64,000 nucleotides of DNA, from contig OZ176051.1 in assembly GCA_964247055.1 (NCBI GenBank), forward strand, positions 8,494,001-8,558,000. Reading direction: 5' to 3'. The translations under genes were made by a program, and so were the position numbers. Of this stretch, positions 51,601 through 64,000 are shown piece after piece. The notes beneath the pieces were generated by a model. The model saw nothing but the letters and a program-made list of their open reading frames with translations, ran no database searches and was not told the DNA's origin. Positions within the stretch are counted from its first letter, which is position 1. Every line of letters begins with the position of its first letter. Origin of the DNA: Paragordius varius. Its lineage: Eukaryota; Animalia; Nematomorpha.

Positions 51601-52620
51601 GGCCTTCAGAATAATATGTGGTGACACTTACAACCAATGTTATTAGGGTGATGAACAATTTCATATGGTCAATTGGTTAAGTAGTGATATTGAACTAATA
51701 AAAAAGTACGAATGAATTGAAAAAAACTGTCGTTTATATACTCTGAAAAAGGTTGATGCTCCAGGAAATAAAATTAGCACTTTCTCGTGTTATGGATTCT
51801 AAAATATCTCAACAACTATTTTACCAAAAACAAAGAACATTTATAAACGTTTTAAATTATTATGGTATATTTATAGAAACTAATTATTTTTGTAGCAATT
51901 GCATTTTTATATCATTTTAGATAGTTCTAATCGGCTACAAAAAATGTGGTAGAGATGATTTTTGTTGATTTATAGTCAATTAACAACTTTTCCATTCAAT
52001 CCATAGGTCCACACGGATAATATTTCAGATTCCTTTTTCTTTTGCTATTTGGTAATCTTATCATTAGCTTCTTCGTAATATATGATATTAACAAAATTTT
52101 GTTCGAAAATTTCAACTCTCAGAGCTATTTGATTATTGATAATTCCTTTTTTTTAATTTATTCGTTCATGTTGTATTGCATTTATTAGAATCCGATACTC
52201 TTTTTTACCATCTTTTTCAATGGTCCTTTTATTTTTTAACATAATTAATCATTTTAGGACGTTTATCAATGGTTGTTTTAGTTTTTAACTGTATATCAAG
52301 CGAATTTTCTAATTTATCATCCGATGCCCTAGATTTGAAACTGTTTATATTTGAGAGCATGCATATTATAATGCTTTCATTATAAAATGTTAACCATAAC
52401 ACTTACAAAAATGTATAATATTTTAATTTTCTTGATCTATAATAAAAAACCATACTTTCTTGACAAATTCATAAGGCTATTATCTGATTTGTTCCACACC
52501 AGAATTAAAATGTTATCGGTATATCCAGCGGTCATAGTGTTGTATTCGAGTTTTATTCTTTATATTACACAAATAATAGATGATAAACAACATTGATAAC
52601 ATGCAACCTGCTACGGCCAG
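48630..52620 (+). repeat. ~4-kb segment duplicated at 24080-28090 (copy 2)
   Basis: Collinear similarity throughout; abuts the 3' tail of the LINE. Confidence 0.9.
48930..50145 (+). pseudogene. Decayed hAT transposase, copy 2
   Basis: LRPNYEPSKR, AFVSDNVANMKA, VWHKCQSHIMN, PAAAERS, and LHNPYRNRLDTGRIDKLMYINYNLR. Confidence 0.8.
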
Positions 52621-54347
52621 TTTCTACATTATGCTAAAAATTAAATTTTCGATAAAAAGATGCATTTTTTAAATATTTTTAGTTGATAAATTTAGCATAT
52701 CAAAAATCTTCATGGCGCAATCTCAGCATTTGCATGAGAACTAGTTTATAGAAGAGCGAAAAAATTAGGGACCCAAATCTGAAAATTAATTTTTTTAAAT
52801 TAGTTTTGCTATTTATATGTATTATTTACTATATTTTAATGATATTTTTTGGAATGCATTTGGCTTACACCTCATTTTCTGATATGGAGCAGTTACAAAT
52901 AATAACTTTCTTATAACTTCAAAGGGCCAAAATCAAAAGATTCAGGATATTATTTATAGCGATTGAAGTGTATTAAAAATAAAAGAATCGGATAAAAATT
53001 ATGTAGAGAAATTATGTATATTAACCCAAAATAGAGATTAACTTTTTTGTCCGCGATGACATATTGGGGTATTATATCAAAGAGCTCAATCGTATAAATA
53101 AACTGCTGTTTTGACTGCTATTTTAGTTTTCGAACATTGTTCTCGTGTATTAGATAAAAAGATTATATTTTTTACAGTTTCGCTTCCAAATCTAAAAGGG
53201 CAATTCCAAAACATGTTTGAAACAGCTGTTTTTAAATTCAATATATATATATCAAGTTTATGCTGGAAAAATGCAACTTAAAAACATATTAAGTTAAGTA
53301 ATTTATTTTTATCCATATATTATATATTTATATTAGCTAATTATTTTAGATTTTTTACTATCATTTTTAACAAAATTCCTGAAATATGCGCTTTAAAAGC
53401 TAAAGAAAGCATATTACTAGACAACAAATTTTTCTGCCACTCGAGTTTTTTGCAATTTCTGATATTTACTATCATTTTGACTGTAAATCTGAAATTGAAT
53501 TTAAATTTCCCTTAATAATTTTGTATATATTGATTTTTTTGATTATGCACCGTCTTTATCAAAATCTAAAAATGTTTTTCTTCGAAAATATGCAACAAGT
53601 GCCAATTTGTAATATATCGTTCGAAAGAGAAATGAAGACTCTATAAGCTTACTAATATGTTTTACATCCATAATTAATTTTGGACATAGGAAGCGACAAA
53701 CGCGCGAAGTGAGAGCGTTTTTCTTAATTAACATGTTTTTAAACTAATGGATAAAAATGGCTCAACCTTTGTGTAGATGGCAATGAATGTCGAAAAAAAA
53801 GATATCACAATTTTTTTTATTAAAACACGTATTTATTGCTTTATGTCATTCGAGCCATTTTTAAGTTTTTTTGGTTTTAAAAATTACCATCTTATCAATA
53901 TCAATTTATTTTTTTAGGAGTATAATTTCAAAATTTCACACACTAAAAACAAAATTTAAGGTATTTTTGACCTTAACCATCAGGAAATAAATTACTGTAA
54001 CTATGTATTATAGTGTCCATTCGGAAAAATAATTATGATAATAAATTTTATTAAAAAAGCACCAATAGCTTTTTCAAAAATTTTTTTTATTCTTTACTAA
54101 TGAACCTTATATTAAATTAATGATTTCAATTAGTTTGTCTGTGAATATTTTTGACTTAATTAAGGGTTGAAAATTTTGACCATATGAACCCAAATAACTT
54201 TTGCATCAGATTGATTTAAATGACTAGCTACCGTTCGAAAGATACAGTTTTTCGCGCTCGCGCTCTTTTGAATGATATAAAAATGTATATCTAAAACTTT
54301 TAATTTTGATAATTTCGAGTTTAATGTTTAATCGGGGCCAAATGATT

Positions 54348-57125
54348 TAGAGATTTCTTATTCGGAAATTTTGATTGAATATTTTGGTAGAATTTTGGCA
54401 TTGATCCTATCTTTTAGGTATAAAAACTCTTATATTAAACAATGTTGATAAATCTTTTTTTCTGCACCAATTATATTGGAAATCTATATATCTATAAAAA
54501 TGGAAAATGCTGGTTTTGTGATCTGGTACAGGAAAACCGGTAGACCGATTCAAACCAAATATCGAAAATATATAATCATTGATGAATGCCCCGACAATAA
54601 CTTCGCCCTTTTATAAGCCCCCAGTTCGGGCCCACCCCGTGTAAAAAACGCGTTTTTTCTGAAAACAGAAGTCCACAAAAATCGTGTCTTTGAGACAATT
54701 TTTCGGAGAACGTGTTGGACCATTCAATTTCAAATATGATTTTTGTTTACTTATTTTCGATTGCGCCGAACGTAGTCGTCTCCCTTTTTTGATTTAGGTC
54801 CTCTTTTTACCCGCTCCCCCCGTAAAATGCCATTTTTTTCAAAAAACAAAGTCCACAAAAATAATTTTTTAAATCTATTTTCCCCCAAGTAAACAATATA
54901 TTAGTATAAATGCACCGTTTTAAAATTCCTATAAAATCATATCTATTACAGTCATGTATGTTTAGAATTGTCAGATATACGTTTTTAATTGATTTTGCTT
55001 TGTTTTTAATTGTTTACAATAAATAAGCTATTATTATTTTAATGCTTAAAAATGCGCATGTTGAAAGTTGACATATCAAACATTAAAACAATTAAAAACA
55101 ATTTATAATCATTTAAAAACGAATTTCTGTCAATTCTACATATACATGACTGTAAATAATGTTTCGAAATAATCCAGATATGTGGATCATTTTATTGTCC
55201 CTTATTTCAAAAAGCCATCCGGCTGCGTAGCAGCACGAGAAATACGCTAGTATATAATATATATCTATATATTGGATGTTTTGTGAAAAGTATCCGCTTT
55301 CGCTCACAAAATATTTTTTTATATTAAATTTATATCATTTTTGTATGAGATATATTGGGTAAACCTATATAAAGTAAAGATATGAGCTATCAAAGAGAGA
55401 TTTTCTACCTTTAGTTCTTAGTGTTTCTAGGTCTTCTTGAAAAATATAAAATCTCCATCGTAAATATTTTGCGTATAGGTTTTAATTTAACACTAAAATT
55501 TAGTTTCTCCCCAATGTTATTGAATACCACCTATTGCAATAAATATGCCATTTTTAATTTTGGTTATTAACCGGATAATTAAAATAACTTTTTTTCAAAT
55601 TTTTATAGCATTTATCATTTCGATATTCAATATCATGGAGCTCTTAGCTATCAAATATCATTAATTAAACTTTATCTTTTGGTAAGCACCGTATAATATG
55701 AAGCCCTTATCATAACGATCGAAACCATGCCTGATTTCTGAGCAGGACCTATTCAAATGGCTAAACAAACTTATAAGGAAATACCATATTCAAAGTCTAT
55801 AACTAGTTTATAAAATGAAGGTGATATAATATTGTTTTTTTCCTACATATTAAAATTCGTATGAAAAAACACTGAAAACCTCAAAAACAACAATTATATC
55901 TTTAAATTAAAACATTTTGCGAAACTGCTCAAAGGGTCTAATAAAATTATAAATAATAAATATTTATCGCGCGTTGGCGGTATAACTAAAATTATATCAC
56001 CATTTAGTCTATATTGAGTTTTAATCAGAAATTTTAAAAATCATCCTTATTTCTTATATTTTTGATGTAACTCTTAGAAATTCATTTGCATGGATCTTTA
56101 ATTTGATCTTTTGTTATAACACCGAAAATATAAAAAAATATATAATCGGAATGCCACATGACAATTTGTCAAATAAGCGATATTATGATCACTGTTTCAT
56201 ATTTTACAACAAAGCAAAACATTAAAAATGTTTATAACTTTTCATCTACTTAACATATTCCTTATTGATCAACAATCGTTTACATATTCTACTTCATCAT
56301 TATTAAACTCTTTATATTTTACGTACTTATCACGTTCTAAATATAATCCCAAAACATTATATATTAGACCCGTAAAATTCGCGGTGATAGTATATTTAGC
56401 TCATGTGTGGGACAATAACTAATCCAAGGTATTTTATTCATATATGATTTGTTGTCACATCCGCTTAAAACCCAAATATTAATCTTAAATTTAATCATAT
56501 ATGCTTTAAAAGGATATGCATAATAATAGTGTTTTCAAATCTATTCCGTATCTATTTTTAAATTACTTTTGTTAATTTTTAGATATAATATGAACAAAAA
56601 ACTCTGATATATATTTATATATATATAATATGATATGTGAAAATGTATAATTTTATGCAAAATGAAAATTTATTTTTATGTGTAGTAATTTCTAATATAT
56701 ATTAAATAAATGTGAAGTTACAGATTTTTCTAATATTTTCTAACATATCGAATCATTATAAAAAATTTTAAATGGGATTTAATCAAATGGAATGCCCCCG
56801 ATGTTGCGCAAAATTGAATATTTTAATCAAAGAAATGAAAAAAGTATTTCTAGAAACATGCCTCTATGTCAAAACATAAACAAATTCAATTAAATATATA
56901 CTACATTGTATCTCTCTAAGTGGTTCATAAATACCATTTAAATCCGTCTATCTTTTATTTGTTCGATTTGTAATGTATGTAACATTAGAAACGAATAAAG
57001 TAACATAACAGAAATTTAAAATGGATGAAATGGGAGGGCCAAAATAACCAAATGATGTAATATGAATGTAATTAGAAAGGGGAGTTGGATATGATAAAAG
57101 GAGAAATTTAAAAAAATATAAAGTG
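54348..57125 (+). repeat. Satellite leader, copy 2 (contains Helitron insertion)
   Basis: Paralogous to 37502-39490 once 54483-55250 is removed. Confidence 0.9.
54483..55250 (+). mobile_element. Non-autonomous Helitron, solo copy (768 bp)
   Basis: A|TCTATATATCTATAAAAATGG ... GCTGC-GTA-GCAGC-ACGAGAAATACG-CTAG|T. The paralogous site at ~37610-37640 lacks it. Confidence 0.9.
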
Positions 57126-60100
57126 GATATGAGGAAGGGTAAAAGTTTAGAATTGGATGAAGGGAATAAGAAGAAGGAACTTTAAAAACGGATGAAGGGC
57201 TTAAGAAGGAAAAACTTTAGAAGTAGATGAAGGGGATAAGAAGAAAGGTAAAACTTTAGAAACGGATAAAGGGGATAAGAAGAAGGAACTTTAGAAACGG
57301 ATGAAGGGGAGGATAAAAAGGAACTTTAGAAACGGATGAAGGGGATGATAAAAAGGAACTTTAGAAACGGATGAAGGGGATAAGAAGAAGAAACTTTAGA
57401 AACGGATGAAGGGGTTAAGAAGAAGGAACTTTAGAAACGGACGAAGGGCATAAGAAGAAGGAACTTTAGAAAGGGATGAAGGGGATAAGAAGAAGAAACT
57501 TTAGAAACGGATCACGGGGATAAGAAAAAGAAACTTTAGAAACGGATGAAAGGGATAAGAAGAAGAAACTTTAGAAACGGATAAAGGGGAGGATGAACTT
57601 CAGAAACGGATGAAGGGGAGGATAAAAAGGAACTTGAGAAACGTATGAAGGGGATAAGAATAAGAAACCTTAGAAACGGATGACGGGGATAAGAAGAAGA
57701 AACTATAGAAACGGATGAAGGGGTTAAGAAGAAGGAACTTTAGAAACGGACGAAGGGCATAAGAAGAAGGAACTTTAAAAACGTACGAAGGGGATAAGAA
57801 GAAGAAACCTTAGAAACGGAGGAACGGGATAAGAAGAAGAAACTTTAGAAACGGATGAAGGGGATAAGAAAAAGAAACTTTAGAAACGTACGAAGGGGAT
57901 GATAAAAAGGAACTTTAGAAACGGATGAAGGGGATAAGAAGAAGAAATTTTGGAAACGGATGACGGGGATAAGAAGAAGAAAGTTTAGAAACGGATGAAG
58001 GGGATAAGAAGAAGAAACTTTAGAAACGGAGGAAGGGGATAAGAAGAAGAAACTTTAGAAACGGATGAAGGGGATAAGAAAAAGAAACTTTAGAAACGGA
58101 TCACGGGGATAAGAAAAAGAAACTTTAGAAACGGATGAAAGGGATAAGAAGAAGAAACTTTAGAAACGGATGAAGGGGAGGATGAACTTCAGAAACGGAT
58201 GAAGGGGAGGATAAAAAGGAACTTGAGAAACGTATGAAGGGGATAAGAATAAGAAACCTTAGAAACGGATGACGGGGATAAGAAGAAGAAACTATAGAAA
58301 CGGATGAAGGGGTTAAGAAGAAGAAACTTTAGAAACGGATGAAGGGGATAAGAAGAAGAAACTTTAGAAACGGTTGAAGGGGAGGATAAAAAGGAACTTG
58401 AGAAACGTATGAAGGGGATAAGAAGAAGAAACTTTAGAAACAGAGGAAGGGGATAAGAAGAAGAAACTTTAGAAACGGATGAAGGGGATAAGAAGAAGAA
58501 ACTTTAGAAACGGTTGAAGGGGAGGATAAAAAGGAACTTTAGAAACGGATGAAGGGGAGGATAAAAAGGAACTTGAGAAACGGATGAAGGGGAGGATAAA
58601 AAGGAACTTTAGAAACGGATGAAGGGGAGGATAAAAAGGAACTTGAGAAACGTATGAAGGGGATAAGAAGAAGGATATTTAGAAACGGATGAAGGGGATA
58701 AGAAGAAGAAACTTAAGAAACGGATGACGGGGATAAGAAGAAGAAACTTTAGAAACGGATGAAGGGGATAAGAAGAAGAAACTTTAGAAACGGTTGAAGG
58801 GGAGGATGAACTTCAGAAACGGATGAAGGGGAGGATAAAAAGGAACTTGAGAAACGTATGAAGGGGATAAGAATAAGAAACCTTAGAAACGGATGACGGG
58901 GATAAGAAGAAGAAACTATAGAAACGGATGAAGGGGTTAAGAAGAAGGAACTTTAGAAACGGACGAAGGGCATAAGAAGAAGGAACTTTAAAAACGTACG
59001 AAGGGGATAAGAAGAAGAAACCTTAGAAACGGAGGAAGGGGATAAGAAGAAGAAACTTTAGAAACGGATGAAGGGGATAAGAAAAAGAAACTTTAGAAAC
59101 GGATCACGGGGATAAGAAAAAGAAACTTTAGAAACGGATGAAAGGGATAAAAAGAAGAAACTTTAGAAACGGATGAAGGGGAGGATGAACTTCAGAAACG
59201 GATGAAGGGGAGGATAAAAAGGAACTTGAGAAACGTATGAAGGGGATAAGAATAAGAAAACTTAGAAACGGATGACGGGGATCAGAAGAAGAAACTATAG
59301 AAACGGATGAAGGGGTTGAGAAGAAGAAACTTTAGAAACGGATGAAGGGGATAAGAAGAAGAAACTTTAGAAACGGTTGAAGGGGAGGATAAAAAGGAAC
59401 TTGAGAAACGTATGAAGGGGATAAGAAGAAGAAACTTTAGAAACGGATGAAGGGGATAAGAAGAAGAAACTTTTAAAACGGTTGAAGGGGAGGATAAAAA
59501 GGAACTTTAGAAACGGATGAAGGGGAGGATAAAAAGGAACTTGAGAAACGGATGAAGGGGAGGATAAAAAGGAACTTTAGAAACGGAAGGGGAGGATAAA
59601 AAGGAACTTGAGAAACGTATGAAGGGGATAAGAAGAAGAAACTTTAGAAACGGAGGAAGGGGATAAGAAGAAGAAACTTTATAAACAGACGAAGGGCATA
59701 AGAAGAAGGAACTTTAGAAAGGGATCAAGGGGATAAGAAGAAGAAACTTTAGAAACGGATCACGGGGATAAGAAAAAGAAACTTTAGAAACGGATGAAAG
59801 GGATAAGAAGAAGAAACTTTAGAAACGGATCACAGGGATAAGAAAAAGAAACTTTAGAAACGGATGAAAGGGATAAGAAGAAGAAACTTTAGAAACGGAT
59901 GAAGGGGAGGATGAACTTGAGAAACGGATGAAGGGGAGGATAAAAAGGAACTTGAGAAACGGATGAAGGGGAGGATAAAAAGGAACTTTAGAAACGTATG
60001 ACGGGGATAAGAAGAAGAAACTTTAGAAACGGATGAAGGGGATAAGAAGACAAAACTTTAGAAACGGATGAAGGGGATAAGAAGAAGAAACTTTAGAAAC

Positions 60101-62608
60101 GGTTGAAGGGGAGGATAAAAAGGAACTTTAGAAACGGATGAAGGGGAGGATAAAAAGGAACTTGAGAAACGTATGAAGGGGATAAGAATAAGAAACCTTA
60201 GAAACGGATGACGGGGAGAAGAAGAAGGAACTTTAGAAACGGATGAAGGGGAGGATAAAAAGGAACTTTAGAAAGGGATGAAGGGGAGGATATAAAGGAA
60301 CTTCAGAAACGGACAAAGGGGATAAGAAGAAGAAACTTTAGAAACGGATGAAGGGGTTAAGAAGAAGGAACTTTAGAAACGGACGAAGGGCATAAGAAGA
60401 AGAAACTTTAGAAACGGATCACGGGGATAAGAAAAACTTTAGAAACGGATGAAGGGGATAAGAAGAAAAAACTTTAGAAACGGATGAAGGGGAGGATAAA
60501 AAGGAACTTTATAAACGGATGAAGGGGATGATAAAAAGGAACTTTAGAAACGGATGAAGGGGATAAGAAGAAGAAACTTTAGAAACGGATGAAGGGGTTA
60601 AGAAGAAGGAACTTTAGAAACGGATGAAGGGGAGGATGAACTTGAGAAACGGATGAAGGGGAGGATAAAAAGGAACTTGAGAAACGGATGAAGGGGAGGA
60701 TAAAAAGGAACTTTAGAAACGTATGAAGGGGATAAGAAGAAGAAACCTTAAAACGGATGACGGGGATAAGAAGAAGGAACTTTAGAAACGGATGAAGGGG
60801 AGGATAAAAAGGAACTTTAGAAAGGGATGAAGGGGAGGATATAAAGGAACTTTAGAAACGGACAAAGGGGATAAGAAGAAGAAACTTTAGAAACGGATGA
60901 AGGGGTTAAGAAGAAGGAACTTTAGAAACGGACGAAGGGCATAAGAAGAAGGAACTTTAAAAACGTACGAAGGGGATAAGAAGAAGAAACTTTAGAAACG
61001 GAGGAAGGGGATAAGAAGAAGAAACTTTAGAAACGGACGAAGGGCATAAGAAGAAGGAACTTTAGAAAGGGATGAAGGGGATAAGAAGAAGAAACTTTAG
61101 AAACGGATCACGGGGATAAGAAAAAGAAACTTTAGAAACGGATGAAAGGGTAAAGAAGAAGAAACTTTAGAAACGGATGAAGGGGAGGATGAACTTCAGA
61201 AACGGACGAAGGGCATAAGAAGAAGGAACTTTAAAAACGTACGAAGGGGATAAGAAGAACGAACTTTAGAAAGGGATGAGGGGGATAAGAAGAAGAAACT
61301 TTAGAAACGGATCACGGGGATAAGAAAAAGAAACTTTAGAAACGGATGAAAGGGATAAGAAGAAGAAACTTTAGAAACGGATCACGGGGATAAGAAAAAG
61401 AAACTTTAGAAACGGATGAAAGGGATAAGAAGAAGAAACTTTAGAAACGTATGAAGGGGATAAGAATAAGAAACTTTAGAAACGGATGACGGGGATAAAA
61501 AGAAGGAACTTCTGAAACGGATGAAGGGGAGGATAAAAAGGAACTTTAGAAAGGGATGAAGGGGAGGATATAAAGGAACTTTAGAAACGGACAAAGGGGA
61601 TAAGAAGAAGAAACTTTAGAAACGGATGAAGGGGTTAAGAAGAATGAACTTTAGAAACGGACGAAGGGCATAAGAAGAAGAAACTTTAGAAACGGATCAC
61701 GGGGATAAGAAAAAGAAACTTTAGAAACGGATGAAAGGGATAAGAAGAAGAAACTTTAGAAACGGATGAAGGGGATGATGAACTTGAGAAACGGATGAAG
61801 GGGAGGATAAAAAGGAACTTTAGAAACGGATGAAGGGGAGGATAAAAAGGAACTTGAGAAACGGATGAAGGGGAGGATAAAAATGAACTTTAGAAACGGA
61901 TGAAGGGGAGGATAAAAATGAACTTTAGAAACGGATGAAGGGGAGGATAAAAAGGAACTTGAGAAACGGATGAAGGGGAGGATAAAAATGAACTTTAGAA
62001 ACGGATGAAGGGGAGGATAAAAAGGAACTTTAGAAACGGATGAAGGGGAGGATAAAAAGGAACTTGAGAAACGGATGAAGGGGAGGATAAAAAGGAACTT
62101 GAGAAACGGATGAAGGGGAGGATAAAAATGAACTTTAGAAACGGATGAAGGGGATAAGAATAAGAAACCTTAGAAACGGATGACGGGGATAAGAAGAAGA
62201 AACTTTAGAAACGGATGAAGGGGATAAGAAGAAGAAACTTTAGAAACGGATGAAGGGGATCAGAAGAAGAAACTTTAGAAACGGATGAAAGGTATAAGAA
62301 GAAGAAACTTTAGAAACGGATGAAGGGGAGGATAAAAATGAACTTTAGAAACGGATGAAGGGGAGGATAAAAAGGAACTTGAGAAACGGATGAAGGGGAA
62401 AATAAAAAGGAACTTTAGAAACGTATGAAGGGGATAAGAAGAAGAAACCTTAGAAACGGATGACGGGGATAAGAAGAAGGAACTTTAGAAACGGATGAAG
62501 GGGAGGATAAAAAGGAACTTTAGAAAGGGATGAAGGGGAGGATATAAAGGAACTTTAGAAACGGACAAAGGGGATAAGAAGAAGAAACTTTAGAAACAGA
62601 TGAAGGGG
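57125..62608 (+). repeat. Purine-rich ~35-bp satellite array 2 with recurrent variant blocks
   Basis: Same core as array 1; more homogeneous; characteristic GGAGGATAAAAAGG and GGATCACGGGG variants. Confidence 0.97.
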
Positions 62609-62902
62609 TGTTAAAAGGGTTATCATCATACGCAAATTATCTTTCTCTTTTTTAGTGCATACTACACTTTGGTCCTTGTTACGTTAAAAATATATATTAC
62701 CTTGGTTGTGAATGCAAATTATTTTATTTATACTTATTATCTTTAACAACGTTTAAACCACACAACTTTATCCTTGTGAATGCAATAACCGTATATAAGG
62801 AATCATTGTAACACACAGAACACATTATATTATATTATTCAGTTTTGATGTTATACTAAATAAATAAATATATCCTTTATAATTTATATTAACTATTTGT
62901 CA
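62609..62902 (+). repeat. Putative 5' LTR (~294 bp, TG...CA)
   Basis: Starts TG at the satellite break, ends ...TTGTCA two nt before TGGCG, and contains AATAAATAAA at ~62859. The 3' LTR is not in the window, so the boundary is unconfirmed. Confidence 0.7.
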
Positions 62903-62904
62903 AC

Positions 62905-62920
62905 TGGCGCGGCTATTCGA
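62905..62920 (+). promoter_or_regulatory. Putative primer-binding site TGGCGCGGCTATTCG
   Basis: Begins TGG (complement of tRNA CCA) and lies between the LTR end and the gag ATG. The cognate tRNA was not identified. Confidence 0.6.
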
Positions 62921-62924
62921 GGCT

Positions 62925-64000
62925 ATGGAAAAAATTAATTTATCATGTTTTAATCCAAATGTTGAGTTTACAAATTATATTACATATATTAAACGCAATT
63001 TGGAGGTCAAGAATGTCGCAGCCACCGATGAAAATCTGAAAGCATGTTTGTTGGCTTTCGGAGGAATCGAAAATATTAATAAAATTGAAAATTATTTCTA
63101 TCCACAAGCAATAGACGACATACCATTCCCAGATCTTTTAAACGCCGGCATAAAAATCTTCTCCCCCTCAAGGAATATTTTTTCGTCGCGTTTTGATTTA
63201 ATTAAAATGAAGAGGGGGAGAACGGAAACGTTCACAGAATTCCTGTTAAGAGTTAAACAAATGGCCATCCACTGCCGGTTCTCGTCAAACATTGACGAGC
63301 ACATCAGAGATGTATTCATCGCCGGGTTAGACGAGCAAGCCGTGGAAATGGAACTATTCACACGGTTCCCAGAAGCTTTAGAAAACGGGGCTCCCGTTTC
63401 TCTAAATACGGTGGTAAATATTGCCTTATCACATGAGAAGGCACGAGATGGACTAACGAATACAGAAGTGCTGTCCATCAATATTGATAATGATAATAAA
63501 AGTAACAATAATAAGAACCACAGTAGTAATGGTGAAATAAACGAAATAGCCACACTTCACCAATCAAAGAGCAGCCATAGTAATAATAACCGACGAACCT
63601 GCACAAAATGTGGGACGACTCATACGTTGGGACATTGCCCTGCCTATGGGAAAGAATGTTATAGATGCCATCGTTCAAACCACTTTGCTCGATGTTGTAA
63701 GGTAGTGTTTAAAGCATATTCCCTTTTTAATAAGACAAAAAAACCCCAAATTGTTCCTAAAATAAATAATATTCCTATTGAAATTATTTTTGATACGGGT
63801 GCCGATATTTCAATCATAAATTATAAAAACTGGTGCCGTCTCGGCAAGCCAGCACTAGATTTTGATAACAATAATATTTTCATACATGCATACAATAATA
63901 ATCGTATAAAAACATTAGGTAAATGCAAATTACAGGTTGAATTAGATAAAAGAACGCACATTCTAGAGTGCTTTATTATAAACAACAACTTACCATCAAT
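62925..64000 (+). CDS. Gag-protease(-pol) polyprotein, partial; not in the ORF track because it lacks a stop in the window
   Basis: ATG at 62925 opens ~358 codons without a stop. Gag ETFTEFLLRVKQMAIHCRF..IRDVFIAGL; two zinc knuckles, CTKCGTTHTLGHC (CX2CX3HX4C) and CYRCHRSNHFARC (CX2CX4HX4C); aspartic protease IFDTGADISII in the same frame. Confidence 0.93.
   Translation, partial: MEKINLSCFNPNVEFTNYITYIKRNLEVKNVAATDENLKACLLAFGGIENINKIENYFYPQAIDDIPFPDLLNAGIKIFSPSRNIFSSRFDLIKMKRGRTETFTEFLLRVKQMAIHCRFSSNIDEHIRDVFIAGLDEQAVEMELFTRFPEALENGAPVSLNTVVNIALSHEKARDGLTNTEVLSINIDNDNKSNNNKNHSSNGEINEIATLHQSKSSHSNNNRRTCTKCGTTHTLGHCPAYGKECYRCHRSNHFARCCKVVFKAYSLFNKTKKPQIVPKINNIPIEIIFDTGADISIINYKNWCRLGKPALDFDNNNIFIHAYNNNRIKTLGKCKLQVELDKRTHILECFIINNNLPS

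Larger units (their letters stand above)
62609..64000 (+). mobile_element. Ty3/gypsy LTR retrotransposon, 5' part (runs off window)
   Basis: Satellite unit cut after GAAGGGG by TGTTAAAAGGG. LTR, PBS-like TGGCG and an open gag-protease ORF follow. Confidence 0.92.

Noticed and set aside
52720-52746. Possible lone Helitron 3' end (CTCAGCATTTGCATGAG-AA-CTAGT)
   Set aside because: The hairpin is imperfect, no matching 5' end was found, and there is no counterpart after the paralogous block.
39490-62608. CRISPR-like look of a constant core with variable spacers, especially at 44.9-46.7 kb
   Set aside because: The linkers are homologous to each other, the core is not palindromic, there are no cas genes, and the context is eukaryotic (spliced gene, LINEs, gypsy).
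63098-63678. Minus-strand ORFs of 151 and 66 aa
   Set aside because: They are antisense shadows of the plus-strand gag ORF.
1-64000. tRNA, rRNA, snRNA or spliced-leader genes; species assignment
   Set aside because: No recognisable conserved RNA-gene sequence by eye (tRNAscan-SE/Infernal would be decisive). Nothing in the window identifies the taxon beyond an AT-rich animal-like genome.

Overview
AT-rich eukaryotic (invertebrate-like) genomic DNA dominated by repeats. No bacterial operon, rRNA, tRNA or CRISPR was recognised. One confident host gene: a 3-exon, minus-strand NRF-6/O-acyltransferase-like gene (join of 22995-21138, 20927-20642 and 20362-19417; 1029 aa), followed by two co-oriented orphan candidate exons. 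Mobile DNA comprises two decayed RTE-clade LINEs, a hAT MITE with 8-bp TSD carrying a nested LINE and Helitron, two decayed hAT transposase copies, several foldback MITE families, and a non-autonomous Helitron family. That family (5' TC, 3' hairpin+CTAG, A|T target) occurs as four solo copies and as a 6.9-kb tandem array that looks like an incipient satellite. Two large purine-rich ~35-bp satellite arrays (core AGAAACGGATGAA) are each preceded by the same ~2-kb leader. An apparently intact Ty3/gypsy LTR element (LTR, PBS, open gag-protease ORF) is inserted into the second array and runs off the window. The right two-thirds look like an old collinear tandem duplication whose copies were then remodelled independently. 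All alignments were made by eye.
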